Part shown: positions 1-11,487 of the stretch, one piece after another
How positions within the stretch are numbered: position 1 is the stretch's first letter
How the letters are laid out: every line of letters begins with the position of its first letter
Assembly: GCA_025603075.1 (NCBI GenBank)
Contig: MU626321.1
Coordinates: 44,990-108,989, forward strand
Direction: 5' to 3'
DNA from: Neoconidiobolus thromboides FSU 785
Taxonomy: Eukaryota; Fungi; Entomophthoromycota
Length of the DNA stretch: 64,000 bases
Made by a program: the position numbers and the translations under genes
The notes under the pieces: model-generated
What the model saw: the letters and a program-made list of their open reading frames with translations, nothing else
Told to the model about the DNA's origin: nothing
The model's database searches: none

Positions 1-343
1 ATGCTGTAACTTCAGATGGAGCGATAATCTTACTTTAATATTCCAATAAAAAAATCTAAAACTTATCTCAAGGGTTGATTTAACAAGTTCAGTATAATCC
101 TTATTCTCTTTATAATCTTCTTTATCTTTATTTTCTTTATTAATATTATCCTGAATAGATTTAGCTGCTTCCATTAACTCGTCGATTTTAGGTAGTAAAT
201 GGGCTTGATATGTTGATTTAATAAACTCCAAGTTGTATCTTGAACCATTTTTTTTATAAAAATCAAATAAATTAATTGAAATAGTGTTAAGTGCCTCGAT
301 ATATACTTTATACATATTGTCAAATGAAACAGTATCTGTCATC
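1..343 (-). CDS. Possible partial exon of an unknown gene running off the left edge
   Basis: Minus-strand frame is open from ATG at 343 to the window edge (MTDTVSFDNMYKVYIEALNTISINLF...ELMEAAKSIQDNINKENKDKEDY). Upstream exons could not be resolved and no family was recognised. Confidence 0.3.
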
Positions 344-944
344 TTTATTAATTTATTATTATCGATACTAGTTTATTGAATGTATGCTGAAATGAATTGA
401 ATACAAACAAAACTTAAAATTACCCTAGATAACTTTTGTAAAACAAAAAACTTTTCCTCTAATGGCGCTAAACTTGTTGTAATTTGATTGGACTTTGTAA
501 AAGTATTCAATTTTAATTAGTGAATTAAAAATAGTGGTAGTAATATCCAAGATTAATTAAGTATGAATAATTCTTTTAAATAGCTTCCTTTAACCTAATA
601 TCAGTACTGATATTTTACTATTATTGGGCTAAATTAATGCTATTTGGAACTCATTCCTTCATTTGAACCTGTAATATTAAATAAAAGTAATTTCAACAAC
701 TAAAAAGGGTTCTTTAGAATCTAAAAAATAAACTATAAGCCAATGAAATGAATTGTTATCAAGATAAAATAAATGCTAGAAACTCAAAATTTATTTATTT
801 TTTTTATAACCTTTAAAAAATCATTAGTTTTGGTAATAACTTTTTAACAATTACTTTATACTTGCATATAACTATGAATAATCATAACCCCTAACTTACT
901 CAATATCAATTATCCTCTTACATATATACTATTAGTGCAAAATT

Positions 945-1706
945 ATGAGCGGCATGACCACCATCTATGTAAGGGGCTTTAGTCCAACGATTCGAGCAAA
1001 AGAGTTAGCTGTTGAATTTGAAAAATATGGACCAATTATTCGATGTGATATACCAATGGCGCGTACAAAGCATGCGTTCCCATTTGCTTTTGTAGAATAT
1101 GCGAATCCAAAGGATGCTGAAGCAGCAATGCAAAACCAAGCTAACTTTAACCTTAATGGTTCAAAAATCTATATTGAATGGGCAAGAACAAAGTTGGATC
1201 TTGATAGGCTCGAAAATGGCCCAAGGCATCGTAGGATGAGCCCTAGAAGACGCTCAAGATCTCCAAGGCCAAAGTATACAGGTCCAGGTCCAGGTCCACG
1301 TTCAAGGTCACCTAGACCAAGGTATACGGGACCAATTTCAAGATCCCCTTATTTAGGTCGTCGGTATCGATCAAGATCACCTTTATCGTCACGACGTTAT
1401 CGATCAAGATCACCTCATTCATCACATCGATATCGATCAAGATCACCTTATTCAAATCAACGACTACGCTCACGTTCACCATATTCACCACGTAAATCAA
1501 GGTCACCAAGATATCGTTCAAGGTCCTCAGAAAGAGGTAGGAGCATGAAGAGGAACACTGCTAGTGTATCACCGGAAAGAATTGAAAAAGAAGATAGGTA
1601 TAGAGGTGAAAATAAGGATAATGAGTTTACTGCGGATAACTCAGGGGTTGGCGAAAAGACAAATGGGGAAACTAAAGGGTCTTATGATTTAGTGAATAGT
1701 AATTAA
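945..1706 (+). CDS. srp1: SR-family splicing factor (RRM plus RS domain), Srp1-like; intronless
   Basis: The RRM TIYVRGF...AKELAVEFEKYGPIIRCDIP...PFAFVEY closely matches the fission-yeast Srp1-type RRM. A long RSRSP-rich tail follows. Confidence 0.85.
   Translation: MSGMTTIYVRGFSPTIRAKELAVEFEKYGPIIRCDIPMARTKHAFPFAFVEYANPKDAEAAMQNQANFNLNGSKIYIEWARTKLDLDRLENGPRHRRMSPRRRSRSPRPKYTGPGPGPRSRSPRPRYTGPISRSPYLGRRYRSRSPLSSRRYRSRSPHSSHRYRSRSPYSNQRLRSRSPYSPRKSRSPRYRSRSSERGRSMKRNTASVSPERIEKEDRYRGENKDNEFTADNSGVGEKTNGETKGSYDLVNSN
1365..1448 (+). repeat. 33-bp coding tandem repeat (3 units) in the RS domain
   Basis: TATCGATCAAGATCACCT recurs at 1365, 1398 and 1431, encoding YRSRSP. Confidence 0.85.
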
Positions 1707-2326
1707 AAGTTGCTATGTTTGATTGTATTTAATTTTATGCTTTGGCGTATTATTTGAAATTTAATTATATGATACAAAATAATATTACCCTGATAGTTTG
1801 GTTTAGGGTTTATTTGTGTTTTAATGCTAATTGTTTAGACACGAATATACTTTTTAATTTGAGTTAACTTCTGATTGTTATTCATTCCATTTTCAAGTTG
1901 AATTGGGAGTAATTAATACTTTTATTATATCTTGATTAGTATGAAAAAATAAAACTAAACATAAACTGCAAATAAAAGAGATAATCTTTATCATAGTAAA
2001 TTATTACACTTTGATTTCCTACATTTTCTTTAGACTTTATATTTATTTTATCTTTAAACAATGTTCAATTGGCAACTTTGATATATTATTATAATTTAAT
2101 ATAATTTATAATAAGTAGTTTTATACTGTCGATAATGCATATTTAAAGTTAAACTAACTGGCTATTTTAAATTTTAATACACTATATATCTTAAATCATC
2201 ACTCATAACTACAGTTTAAATCACATTTACGTGCTCAAATACAACGTAGAATAAATCAAAAAATCAAATTTTACTAACAAAAAAAGATCACCCAATTCAA
2301 CTCGTCATCACCCGTATTTACATTTA

Positions 2327-3613
2327 CTAAGGAAAAATACGAATCCCACCCAAACTAGTATACTTTCCATCAGGCTGGAAAGATCCCAACTGACATATTT
2401 GAAGATGGGTAATTTTAAAGGTGCCTAATGAAAAGGTACCAAATTTCTCTATTATCTCTCTAGCATTAAAGCCTCGAAGTTGAATCGTATTCGTTTCAAG
2501 TCCTCTCACTGATCGAAATTTCAAAATCGTGGCATGAAGCTAAAAGTTTTGCATTAACATAATTATTAAATAGTTAACTATATTACCGTCAATGGTCGAT
2601 TATCTTCAATTAATAAACCAGATGCTCGAAAGCGCTCCAATATGACCTCTATAATAGTTTGAGGGAATTTAACTTAATAAACATGTCTGTTTTAATTACC
2701 TATCATTACGTTTAGTTTTTCTTTATTTTGCTGATATGAGTTATCAATCGAGGCATAAATTACTTTTGAAAGTTCTAAACTTAACCATTAATATAAAGCT
2801 AACAAAATACAAAGCTTAAACTGACCCCCTTTTTTACTTTCTGGGAACGTGTCTAAACCCTCTAATAATAAGCTCAATGCTGTTCTTGCCATTATTTCCT
2901 TTAACTTAGTTCTTAATCCATTTAAAATATTTAATGCTTTCATCTCATCACTTTTAGACTGTAAACATAATAATCCAAGCGTTAGATGGATACTTGGTGG
3001 CTTTATTAAAAAATGATAATGTATATCTTCTCTTCCTAAACCTAGTATTTTTCTTTGTAATTGCTGAACTGAATCTACTACTTCATTCTCCATTATTGGC
3101 AAACTTAAGAAGTGGGTACCCGAAGGCTTTCTTTTTGTTTGTTGCTATAATTGAATTTCAGCTTCCATTTTTTTATTTTTTATTTATAATGAATTACCCT
3201 CTTTGTTTCTTCTGTAGTAACTACGTTAAAATTTTCATCTGAATTCACCATGCGTTCTAGTAAATTAACTTTGTGCTAATAAAATTTAAGTATAATAAAA
3301 TAACACTTAATTTTTCTTACTTCTTCAAGGTCCTTTTTATTCACCGCTATATTACTATCTGGAGAGTCCTCTTCTAATGGCAATATTATACCTCTAATAA
3401 ATCACTAAAAATATTAAACTTACTTAATGGTGAGTCCTTTCTAACTTTCATCCATATTCCTTTTACTTTAATAATTTTAAAATTTTCATTGCCAAATGTT
3501 TCATTTTCATCCAACATTTTATTTAAGTTATACTTTGTTGTAGTATAACTAACTTTAAGTGTCTTTTTAATATTTGCTTTTAAAAAGAGTTGATTTTGTT
3601 TAAAAATTGACAT
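2327..3613 (-). CDS. AKAP7/ASCC1-type 2H phosphoesterase without KH domain (multi-exon)
   Basis: Spliced reading gives PSGTHFLSLP...PSIHLTLG...ERFRASGLLIEDNRPLT|LHATILK...GKYTSLGGIRIFP. Both HxT motifs are present. GT-AG introns fit for the 3' exons; the first junction (~3390-3425) is unresolved. Confidence 0.8.
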
Positions 3614-4070
3614 TTTTCTATCTCAGTTGTGATGTTTTTTTGTGCACGTTTTTTAATTTATTGTTTTTATCCTTTTTTTGTGTAATAAATAAGTTTATTA
3701 TATTTAGAACTTAATCTCTTTTTACAAATATAATGATTTAAATCTGGATAGCTCTATGTTATTATTTTTTTAATTTAAGTATGTATACTGTATTATCTAT
3801 ATATTTGGCACTATTTATCTGTTTCAAGTAATAGTATAACACGAATAATAATGAGCTAACCCTAACATTAACAAATATTAAGTAAAATATCCCCTTTTAA
3901 ACTATGAAAATCTTAACTTACTTGATTGGCAGAAATAGCCTTTAAATTAAGCTGCAATTTTTATTCAAAAATCAAAAATCAAAGATAATTTATTAACAAA
4001 ATAGTTAGTCCAATCAAACCAAACAAGTAAATTTTAAGTGTACTTCAATTTGTTTTTTTAAATTTTTAAC

Positions 4071-6782
4071 ATGAGCATCAACAAAAACTTAAATATTTCT
4101 AGGATGCGAGAATCAAGTAGGCCCAAGAGGAGTTGTACACTAACAAAAGTACATTATGTTTCCCCACCAATGTCTCCAGCAAGGAACCCTAGGAGGAATA
4201 AAGTGATTAAGAAACCAAAGATGATTATTACTAAAAGATCAAATCTGGTTAGGGAAAGGTACTCCTTACGAAACCGGAAACAAAAAAATTATGCTGAAGA
4301 GTATCAGTCTGAGCTAGAAGAGGATTTTTCAGAAGAAATTGAGGAAGATTTACCCGCTGATAAGGAAGTTTTTGCGTCGAGTAGAACAAGATCTAAAAAT
4401 GCATCTGGTATAACAAGGTCACTAAGAAGTAATAGAAATTTGGATAATTTCGTTGATGACGATCTACAAATAATAAGTGTCAAGAAAGCTCCTTCAAGAA
4501 CAAACAACTCTCACAATACCTCTCTAGAGTCAATCGAGACAAACAACGTAAAGGGCAATGAGCATGATGATAAAAGATACAGTTTAAGAGATAGGAAGAA
4601 GGTGACGTATAATGAAACAGTGTTAATAAATGCGGTTCATTTAAGGCAAAAGCAGGTAATAAATAATCGTCAAAGAGATCGCCAACGTTCTAAAGCTAAG
4701 CAAAATAATCATGGTTATTACACAAGGGGAAATAGAACCTCATTTAAAAAATACTTTTCTAGTAGTATGTCTAAGATCTACCAAACAAGGAATAGGAATA
4801 GGAATGGATATAAATCTGAGTCAAAGGCGAGGTCCATGTATAATTTAAGAAATAGAAACGATGGTTCAATAAAATCCATTTATAATTTAAGAAAGAGAGA
4901 CCAAAACTCATTAAATAGGTTGCGTATTTATTCTACTAAAAACTTTACGGTGGATTTAAAAGCAAGTAAATTTGACCCCTTAAAAATTAAAAAATCCAAT
5001 GCTAGTGAAGAAGCTGAACCTGAATCTAAAGAACTGCCCAAGAAGTTTACTTATCTTCCACTTAATTTACCAGAAATCATTTCAACACGTGCCCATCTTG
5101 ACTTCCCAGCCGAACTAATGCCAGCCCAATCAAAGCTTGCTGCTCAAGGTCCTCAATATATTAGTGGTATTAGCAATCAATTACAAACCATTAAAGAGTC
5201 TATTTTGTTGCCTACACTCTATCCGGAGCTTAATAGAGCCTTTAGCCTTAAACAAAACAAAGGTATCTTATTTTATGGCTCTCCTGGAACCGGAAAGACA
5301 CTTACAGCAAGGATGTTAGTTAACGAGTGTAGTCATATACAATCCCCAATAGCTTTCTTTCATTTCAGTGCCAGTGACATCTTATCAAAATGGGTTGGAA
5401 AATCAGAATCCAAAATTAAGCATTTGTTTGAGACTGCTTTGCTATGGCAGCCAAGTGTCATTTTTATTGATGAGATTGATGGACTGACTCCAATCCGTAA
5501 CTCAACGGATCGACATGGAGCTTCTTTAGTTGGTACTCTTCTATCTCAGATGGATGGGCTGGCTGACATGGGAAAAGTAGTTGTTATCGGTGCTACAAAT
5601 CGTGTTCATTCTATCGACCCAGCACTGCGTCGCTCTGGTCGATTTGAAGCTGAATTACATTTTTCTCCACCTAACTTTAATACAAGATTGGACATTATTA
5701 CAAATACCACTATTAGTTGGCCTTATCCGCCCACTTTATCTATGTTAAAAGATCTTTCTGCGCTCACTACAGGATTTTCTGGGGCCGATTTAGTGTCTTT
5801 ATGTACTGGAGCAAGCCAAGCGGCATTGTACCGCCATTACCCAGAGATTGGACAAAGGGATGTACATTTCAATGTTGATTCAGATCAATTGGAAATCAAA
5901 TGGGAAGATTTTATGGTTTCATTAAATAATATAAAAGCAACCTTGAATCACCAATTCGATGTTGAACCTAAGCCATTAGCAGAACCATTGTCATTGATAT
6001 TTGATTCTAAAGTAACCAATTTACTAAATCGCATTAATTCTATGTATGGCCAAAAAATTGATGCACTTCCTATTCATAAAGTCAGTCTTTTTCTCTTAAA
6101 AGGTGATTGTCCCATTGCTATTCATCATATCTTAGCTTCTATTTTATATCAATTGGATGATGTTCAAGTGTTCAATTTTGCGTTAAATAATATGCCAGGT
6201 TTGGATGACGGTAGTGACCTTAAAGCGTTACAATCATTGTTGAGAAATATGGTTAAGCAAGATAAAAGAAGCTTGCTAATTATAAAAAATATAGATAATT
6301 TATTAAGCAGCTGTAGTGAAGAAGTTATCCTTCATTTGAAGCAGTTTTTACAAGAACCTAAGAGAAATCAACAAATCAGTTTTTTGTTTTGTGCCACACA
6401 AATTACCCAAGATATTGAATATATACTCGATAATCTGGATGTTAATTTATTAAATGTTGAAGCGCCTAGTCATGAGGAAATGAACCTTTTAGTCCAGAAA
6501 TATGGTGAAGTCGTTCAACAAGTGATATCAAACTTTGAGCTTGAGAATGCTTCTGAAAACAGTTCTATTGAAATTGAAGTTGAGATGGAGGAATATGATA
6601 AAAATCCCCGCCCACCTCTGCTCAAATGGGATGATTTATTAAATATGAATTATCAATCTAAATCAGATAGTCCGGAACCTAATGAGACGATGAATGATCT
6701 AGCCAACTTAATCTTCCCAAAGTCCCCAACCATTACTCCAAACTTTGAGACTTTTCCCTCTGATTTACAATGGCACTATTAG
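4071..6782 (+). CDS. Yta7/ATAD2-like AAA+ ATPase, intronless, no bromodomain seen
   Basis: Walker A GSPGTGKT, SKWVGKSE, Walker B IFIDE, SRH VIGATNRVHSIDPALRRSGRFE, a degenerate second AAA module and a basic disordered N-terminus. Confidence 0.75.
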   Translation: MSINKNLNISRMRESSRPKRSCTLTKVHYVSPPMSPARNPRRNKVIKKPKMIITKRSNLVRERYSLRNRKQKNYAEEYQSELEEDFSEEIEEDLPADKEVFASSRTRSKNASGITRSLRSNRNLDNFVDDDLQIISVKKAPSRTNNSHNTSLESIETNNVKGNEHDDKRYSLRDRKKVTYNETVLINAVHLRQKQVINNRQRDRQRSKAKQNNHGYYTRGNRTSFKKYFSSSMSKIYQTRNRNRNGYKSESKARSMYNLRNRNDGSIKSIYNLRKRDQNSLNRLRIYSTKNFTVDLKASKFDPLKIKKSNASEEAEPESKELPKKFTYLPLNLPEIISTRAHLDFPAELMPAQSKLAAQGPQYISGISNQLQTIKESILLPTLYPELNRAFSLKQNKGILFYGSPGTGKTLTARMLVNECSHIQSPIAFFHFSASDILSKWVGKSESKIKHLFETALLWQPSVIFIDEIDGLTPIRNSTDRHGASLVGTLLSQMDGLADMGKVVVIGATNRVHSIDPALRRSGRFEAELHFSPPNFNTRLDIITNTTISWPYPPTLSMLKDLSALTTGFSGADLVSLCTGASQAALYRHYPEIGQRDVHFNVDSDQLEIKWEDFMVSLNNIKATLNHQFDVEPKPLAEPLSLIFDSKVTNLLNRINSMYGQKIDALPIHKVSLFLLKGDCPIAIHHILASILYQLDDVQVFNFALNNMPGLDDGSDLKALQSLLRNMVKQDKRSLLIIKNIDNLLSSCSEEVILHLKQFLQEPKRNQQISFLFCATQITQDIEYILDNLDVNLLNVEAPSHEEMNLLVQKYGEVVQQVISNFELENASENSSIEIEVEMEEYDKNPRPPLLKWDDLLNMNYQSKSDSPEPNETMNDLANLIFPKSPTITPNFETFPSDLQWHY

Positions 6783-7179
6783 ATATAGCATTAAATTATT
6801 AAGCGTTTGAAATAAAAACTTATTCCTTGTATGCTTTTTTTGTAATTTACTTTATTAGGTAAGTTATACTTATCAGCATGGAATTAGTTAGTGGAAATCG
6901 GCTAAAATTGAATTTAATAACATTTTGCTGAATTAAAATTAAAGTGTTTTACCTTTTTGAAAGGATTAAAGAGAGTTGTAAATAGAGACAAAAATTAGCT
7001 ATTTTATCGTTAAACAGTTTTCAATGTATTATAAAAGTTTTTAATTTGGTTACTATAGAGTAAAATAAAGTTCCAAGTTGTCTATATAAAATAGCTAATG
7101 GATTTGGTAAATAAAATGAAAAAGCTCAATATAAATCAAATCTGTTTGAATTAAATGATTTCCTTAAAGAATCCCAATT

Positions 7180-7270
7180 TGGAGTGTTTTTTGGCTTTTG
7201 CTTTTTCCATTTTTTAAACATTATTTAGTGGAAAAATTGTTAGTAAAATTCTTACACAAAATACATTTCC
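7180..7270 (+). mobile_element. MITE copy 1 (orientation A; + = TIR then TTTGGTTTCATTACT, arbitrary)
   Basis: Family core TTAAGCGCTATTTGAGTGGAAAAATTGTTAGTAAAATTCTT; TIR ~GGGGATGTWTTTTT; TSD AATT/AATT. Confidence 0.8.
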
Positions 7271-7342
7271 AATTACTGATTGGGAAACAAAGAATATCTT
7301 ATTAAAATGTCACACCTTAAAAAATATCAGTCTAAAATATAT

Positions 7343-7437
7343 AGGGATGTGTTTTTTTGTTTAGGAATTTTACTACAATCTTTCCACTCAGATAGCGCTT
7401 AAAAAATGAAAAAATAATGAAACTAAAAAACAGCCCC
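7343..7437 (-). mobile_element. MITE copy 2
   Basis: Family match; TSD ATAT/ATAT. Confidence 0.85.
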
Positions 7438-9029
7438 ATATAGTATTTTTTTATTTTAACATGAAGGAACTGGCATTTGAGGTAATTTAGCAGATGTTAC
7501 TATTTTTTGCTAGATAATTTATTTGATTTTAATTTTTTAATTTTTGATTTCTTATCTTATATAAAAAAACTTTATTTATAAAACAAAGATTTATTTTGAA
7601 AACATAGGGGCTACTATTTGACACCATTAATTAGTTTATTAAAGAGTTTGTTTTATGACTAAGATCATATCTGTTATAAGGCTAGGGATATAAGAACAAA
7701 CATTTGACAATATGAGAATGCCCTTTTATTGCTATTTGTCCATAAAAATGGTCATAGTATTAAATAGTTAGTAACCATATGCTGAAACAAAAAGATACTT
7801 CTGTTTAATTAAAAAGACTTTTAATCATATGATTAAACTGTCTCAATTTATAAATAAATGTTAAGCTTTGAGCTCATAGCATTTTTTATTTTGATAATTA
7901 GATACAAAGCCCATTTGTTATTTAATTGATTCTGAAGTTTGTTTTTTCCTTAAAGCTTTTTATTTACTTTGACTAACTTAAAAGTCGAAAATCCTGGTTA
8001 GATTTTTAAACAGATGAATATATTATATTTTTTTTATTAAATAAATTAAATTAACAATGATAGTCCTAGCCTACCCTAGCCCTTAATATTATATTTAAAC
8101 ATTCGCGGCCGAAATGATCTTGTATTGTGAATCAAAACAATCTAAACCTTCTTTAACTTGATAAGTAGTCTGGGTAAAAAACAGGCTTTTTATCAAACTA
8201 ATCAACAAAACCATGATATTACAACTATTAAAACTCAATTATGTACTACATAGCTGATTATTTAAGCTCAAAAATTAAGCCAAAGCTGGCTGAAACTCAA
8301 CTGACAATTTAACTTAAAGAGTCTTTTGTCATATTTTGTAAAGACACAGCTAATAAATTGGCTTACTGCTTTTTTTACAAATCCTCTACGATAATTTTAA
8401 CTAGTAAGTTGCTTTACACTACCAAATCTAGCGGTAATGAGTAGTTTACCACTAGATTAAAAGGATTGGTCAAATTTGATCAATAGAAATTAAAACTTTG
8501 ACCTTAACCCTGATCATTAAAATATAACTTATTTATTTGATAACTTTCAGCCAATCATTTCTACTGTTGGCAAATCATCTTGTCAACTTAACTTGAAAAT
8601 CAAAAATTCTCAAAAGCTAGTTTTATTTAAGTTATACAACTAACGTTCTTTATTTTGAAATGTTTTTGATAGATAGATTTTGATATTATCAATACAAAGA
8701 AAGGGTGCCAGGAAAATAACAATCAAAGCTATAATGCACTAGACTATATTTATCTATAAATAACCTTACTTTTAATGTTATAAATTTCGGTGCAAAATAG
8801 TGGATTTTTCATTTAGCAAATTTTAGAAAAAGCTAGCTAAGCAAACAACAATTACAAAAAAGCTCGCGGATAAATGCACAATTGAAGTTTAACAGTAGTA
8901 TAAAACCAAAATTGGTCAAAGCATGAACTTGATGATAGGCTACAACCTTATAATTTAAAAAATCAGTCAAACTCAAAAAAAATTCTATTTTTTAACAAAT
9001 TTATTTAATAATCTAAAACAAACGCGGGA

Positions 9030-10447
9030 ATGGAGAAAGAAGGTAGTGTAGAGATTAAAGAAATTGATGGAAAACTGAGTAGAAGGGCTTTGAAATATAA
9101 GGCTAGAAACGGTGGAGAATACTCACAGAGAAGTAAGAGTTGGGTGATTATAGTTGAACATTTTAACTAATGCTTTGGTAGAGCATAAAAGTAAAGAGGA
9201 ACTTGAGGCAGGTATTGAACGAGCTAGACAGATGGGAGGTATTGTAGAGTATCAATTGCCAACCGGAAAGCTGCAATTTATATTGGGTAATTGCAGCCTT
9301 TAAAAGTAGAATTTAAGATTAACTTTTCTATAAACATGTTAGGTAAACAAAGTGCTAATTTAAAGGCTATCAAAAAAGCAACAAATGTCAAAATTGATTT
9401 GGATGAATCAAGGGCCCTCAAGTCAACAAGTGAATTTTGCATAGCAGGTTTGTTTAATATTATAACTAGTGAGTTTTCATAATTCATTTTTAATCCAGAA
9501 ATTTCTGGTTCACCATACCAAGTCAAATTGGCTGTGGCCATGTTAGATCATTGTGTAAAAAAGGTAAAATTATTTAGTGGCAATGAAATTATAAAATAAT
9601 CAACTATACTAGTAGACTTTGGAATACAACCAAAGTTATACCCACTTTATTTCAATACCAATCATTGATAGTGGGCTTGAGCTTAAGTTTAAACAAATCA
9701 TTGACGAGATTAACGAAATGAACTTACCTGATATTAGAGCAAAATATTTGACAGATCATCGAAGACTTCACATTAGCTTAGGGAACTTAAAATTACCAAG
9801 GGAAAAGCATATAACTGAAGCCGAAAAGTTATTATTATCATTAAAACCAGAGTTAAATAACATTATTGGGTTTTTAGGTTTAAATGTTGAGTTTAAGGGG
9901 ATTGGTACCTATCCCGAAAATGAACCCGGTAAGACATTATTTTTTGACAGTAGTTAAGTTAATCTTTTTTAATTTTTATTAGAAAAAGCTAAATATGTTT
10001 ATGTTAAAGTGGATTATGACTCCAATGAAAATTTAGGTAAAAAGTTTAAAGATGCCACAGGTAATTGTTAAGTCATTAATTATTATATATATTAAATTGG
10101 ATAATTAGACTTAATAAGAGAAAGATTTTATCAAGCTGGGCTTTCGCTTGACTGTGATTTAATATTTAATGTAAGTGCTTAAATTTATATTTCTGTTAAT
10201 TTAAAAGCTTATTGCTTTCATTTAGGAATATGTCATCATAATAAAACACCAATCTGAGAACTACCACGGTCATGATTTAGCACAGGATGGCAAGTATTAC
10301 AGCACCTTCAATGCTCTACCCATATTAGAGAGATTTTCAGATATTAAATTAGGCAATTTTAAAATCCCTTTGATTCAGGTGTGTATAAGAGACACGTTTA
10401 GAGCTAATGGTAGGTATGGTAGTATCGCAGAGTTGAACCTTTCTTAA
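9030..10447 (+). CDS. ASCC1: ASCC1-like KH + 2H phosphoesterase-fold protein (8 exons), second catalytic motif degenerate
   Basis: Spliced: VEYQLPTGKLQFILGKQSANLKAIKKATNVKI...EISGSPYQVKLAVAML (KH, GxxG read as GKQS); YTHFISIP; RLHISLG; final exon starts EYVIIIK where LHAT is expected; ends GRYGSIAELNLS. Introns include 9930-9981, 10061-10108 and 10171-10225. Confidence 0.75.
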
Positions 10448-11487
10448 CTTTTTTTTACCTTTTTTTATTTGTTAATTCTGTTCATCGGATTTATTCATCC
10501 GTTTTTCAGCTGCATGTTGATTAATGTGTCAATAGCAGTGTACCTACCTTTAACCTTTCTTTTAATAGGCTTAACTTGACCTAGTTAGTTTTAGCTTAAT
10601 AAATATTGAATATCATAACATTTGAAGTTTTGATTAGCTTTTAGTCAAATTTTGATTTTAAATTACTAAATATTTTGTTTATCAAGACAAATATAGAGAT
10701 CAAAATCAAGTCGATATATAGGCATGGATTATCAACTGATAAAGTTTACATGGTTTATTTATCGACAGGCTGTTATTAATAAAGACTACCCTATACAAGT
10801 TAAGCATATTGTAAGTTAAGTACATATTTACTTATCTATTAAGAACTAATAAACTGTAAATATTAGCATTTTAAGAAACAAGATATTAAAGTAATTCAAA
10901 TGCTTAATTTAATATCATTTCGATATTATATAATGTAAAATCAAATAGCTTATGAATCAATATTATTTTAGATAATACTCTCTTTGATAGAGTAATTTTT
11001 TATTTGTAAATGATTGTTTAAAACTATCTAGAACTATCAAAAAGCTCAAGGAATAAAAAACCATGATTAAACTATTTGTCTAAAAAATTCGATTGCTCAA
11101 AAAGAATTTTCCAACGAATCAAGCTTAAGTATTTTAAATAAATTCATTCCCAATTTAGGGATGTATACATTCTTTATAAAATATTTTTATCATACGATCT
11201 GATAGCCCTAACCAAAAAAAAAATATATATAAACAAAAAACATTGACTATTAATCAGCTTTTAACAATAATATCAATAGAGTGTATATTGTAGATAGCTA
11301 AGTTGTACTAATTTTCAAGTTTTTGTTGAATACTTAAGATTTTTTTGATAGAGCCATATATAAAAAGTGCTTAACGATTTCTATATATGAAAATAGTAAA
11401 TTTAAGAATAAAATATTCCTTTTAAAATCAGTTAAAAACAAAATAAACAAACAATTTTATTTTCCACATTTAATACAAACCCTAAAA

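Noticed and set aside
10486-10501. CGGAT-loop-ATCCG hairpin followed by a T run
   Set aside because: A 5-bp stem in a 3' flank is expected by chance; bacterial-type terminators are irrelevant here.
886-11486. Isolated telomere-like CCCTAA words near gene starts (~888, ~3859, ~11205, ~11480)
   Set aside because: Single hexamers, not arrays. Enrichment cannot be shown without a count against background.
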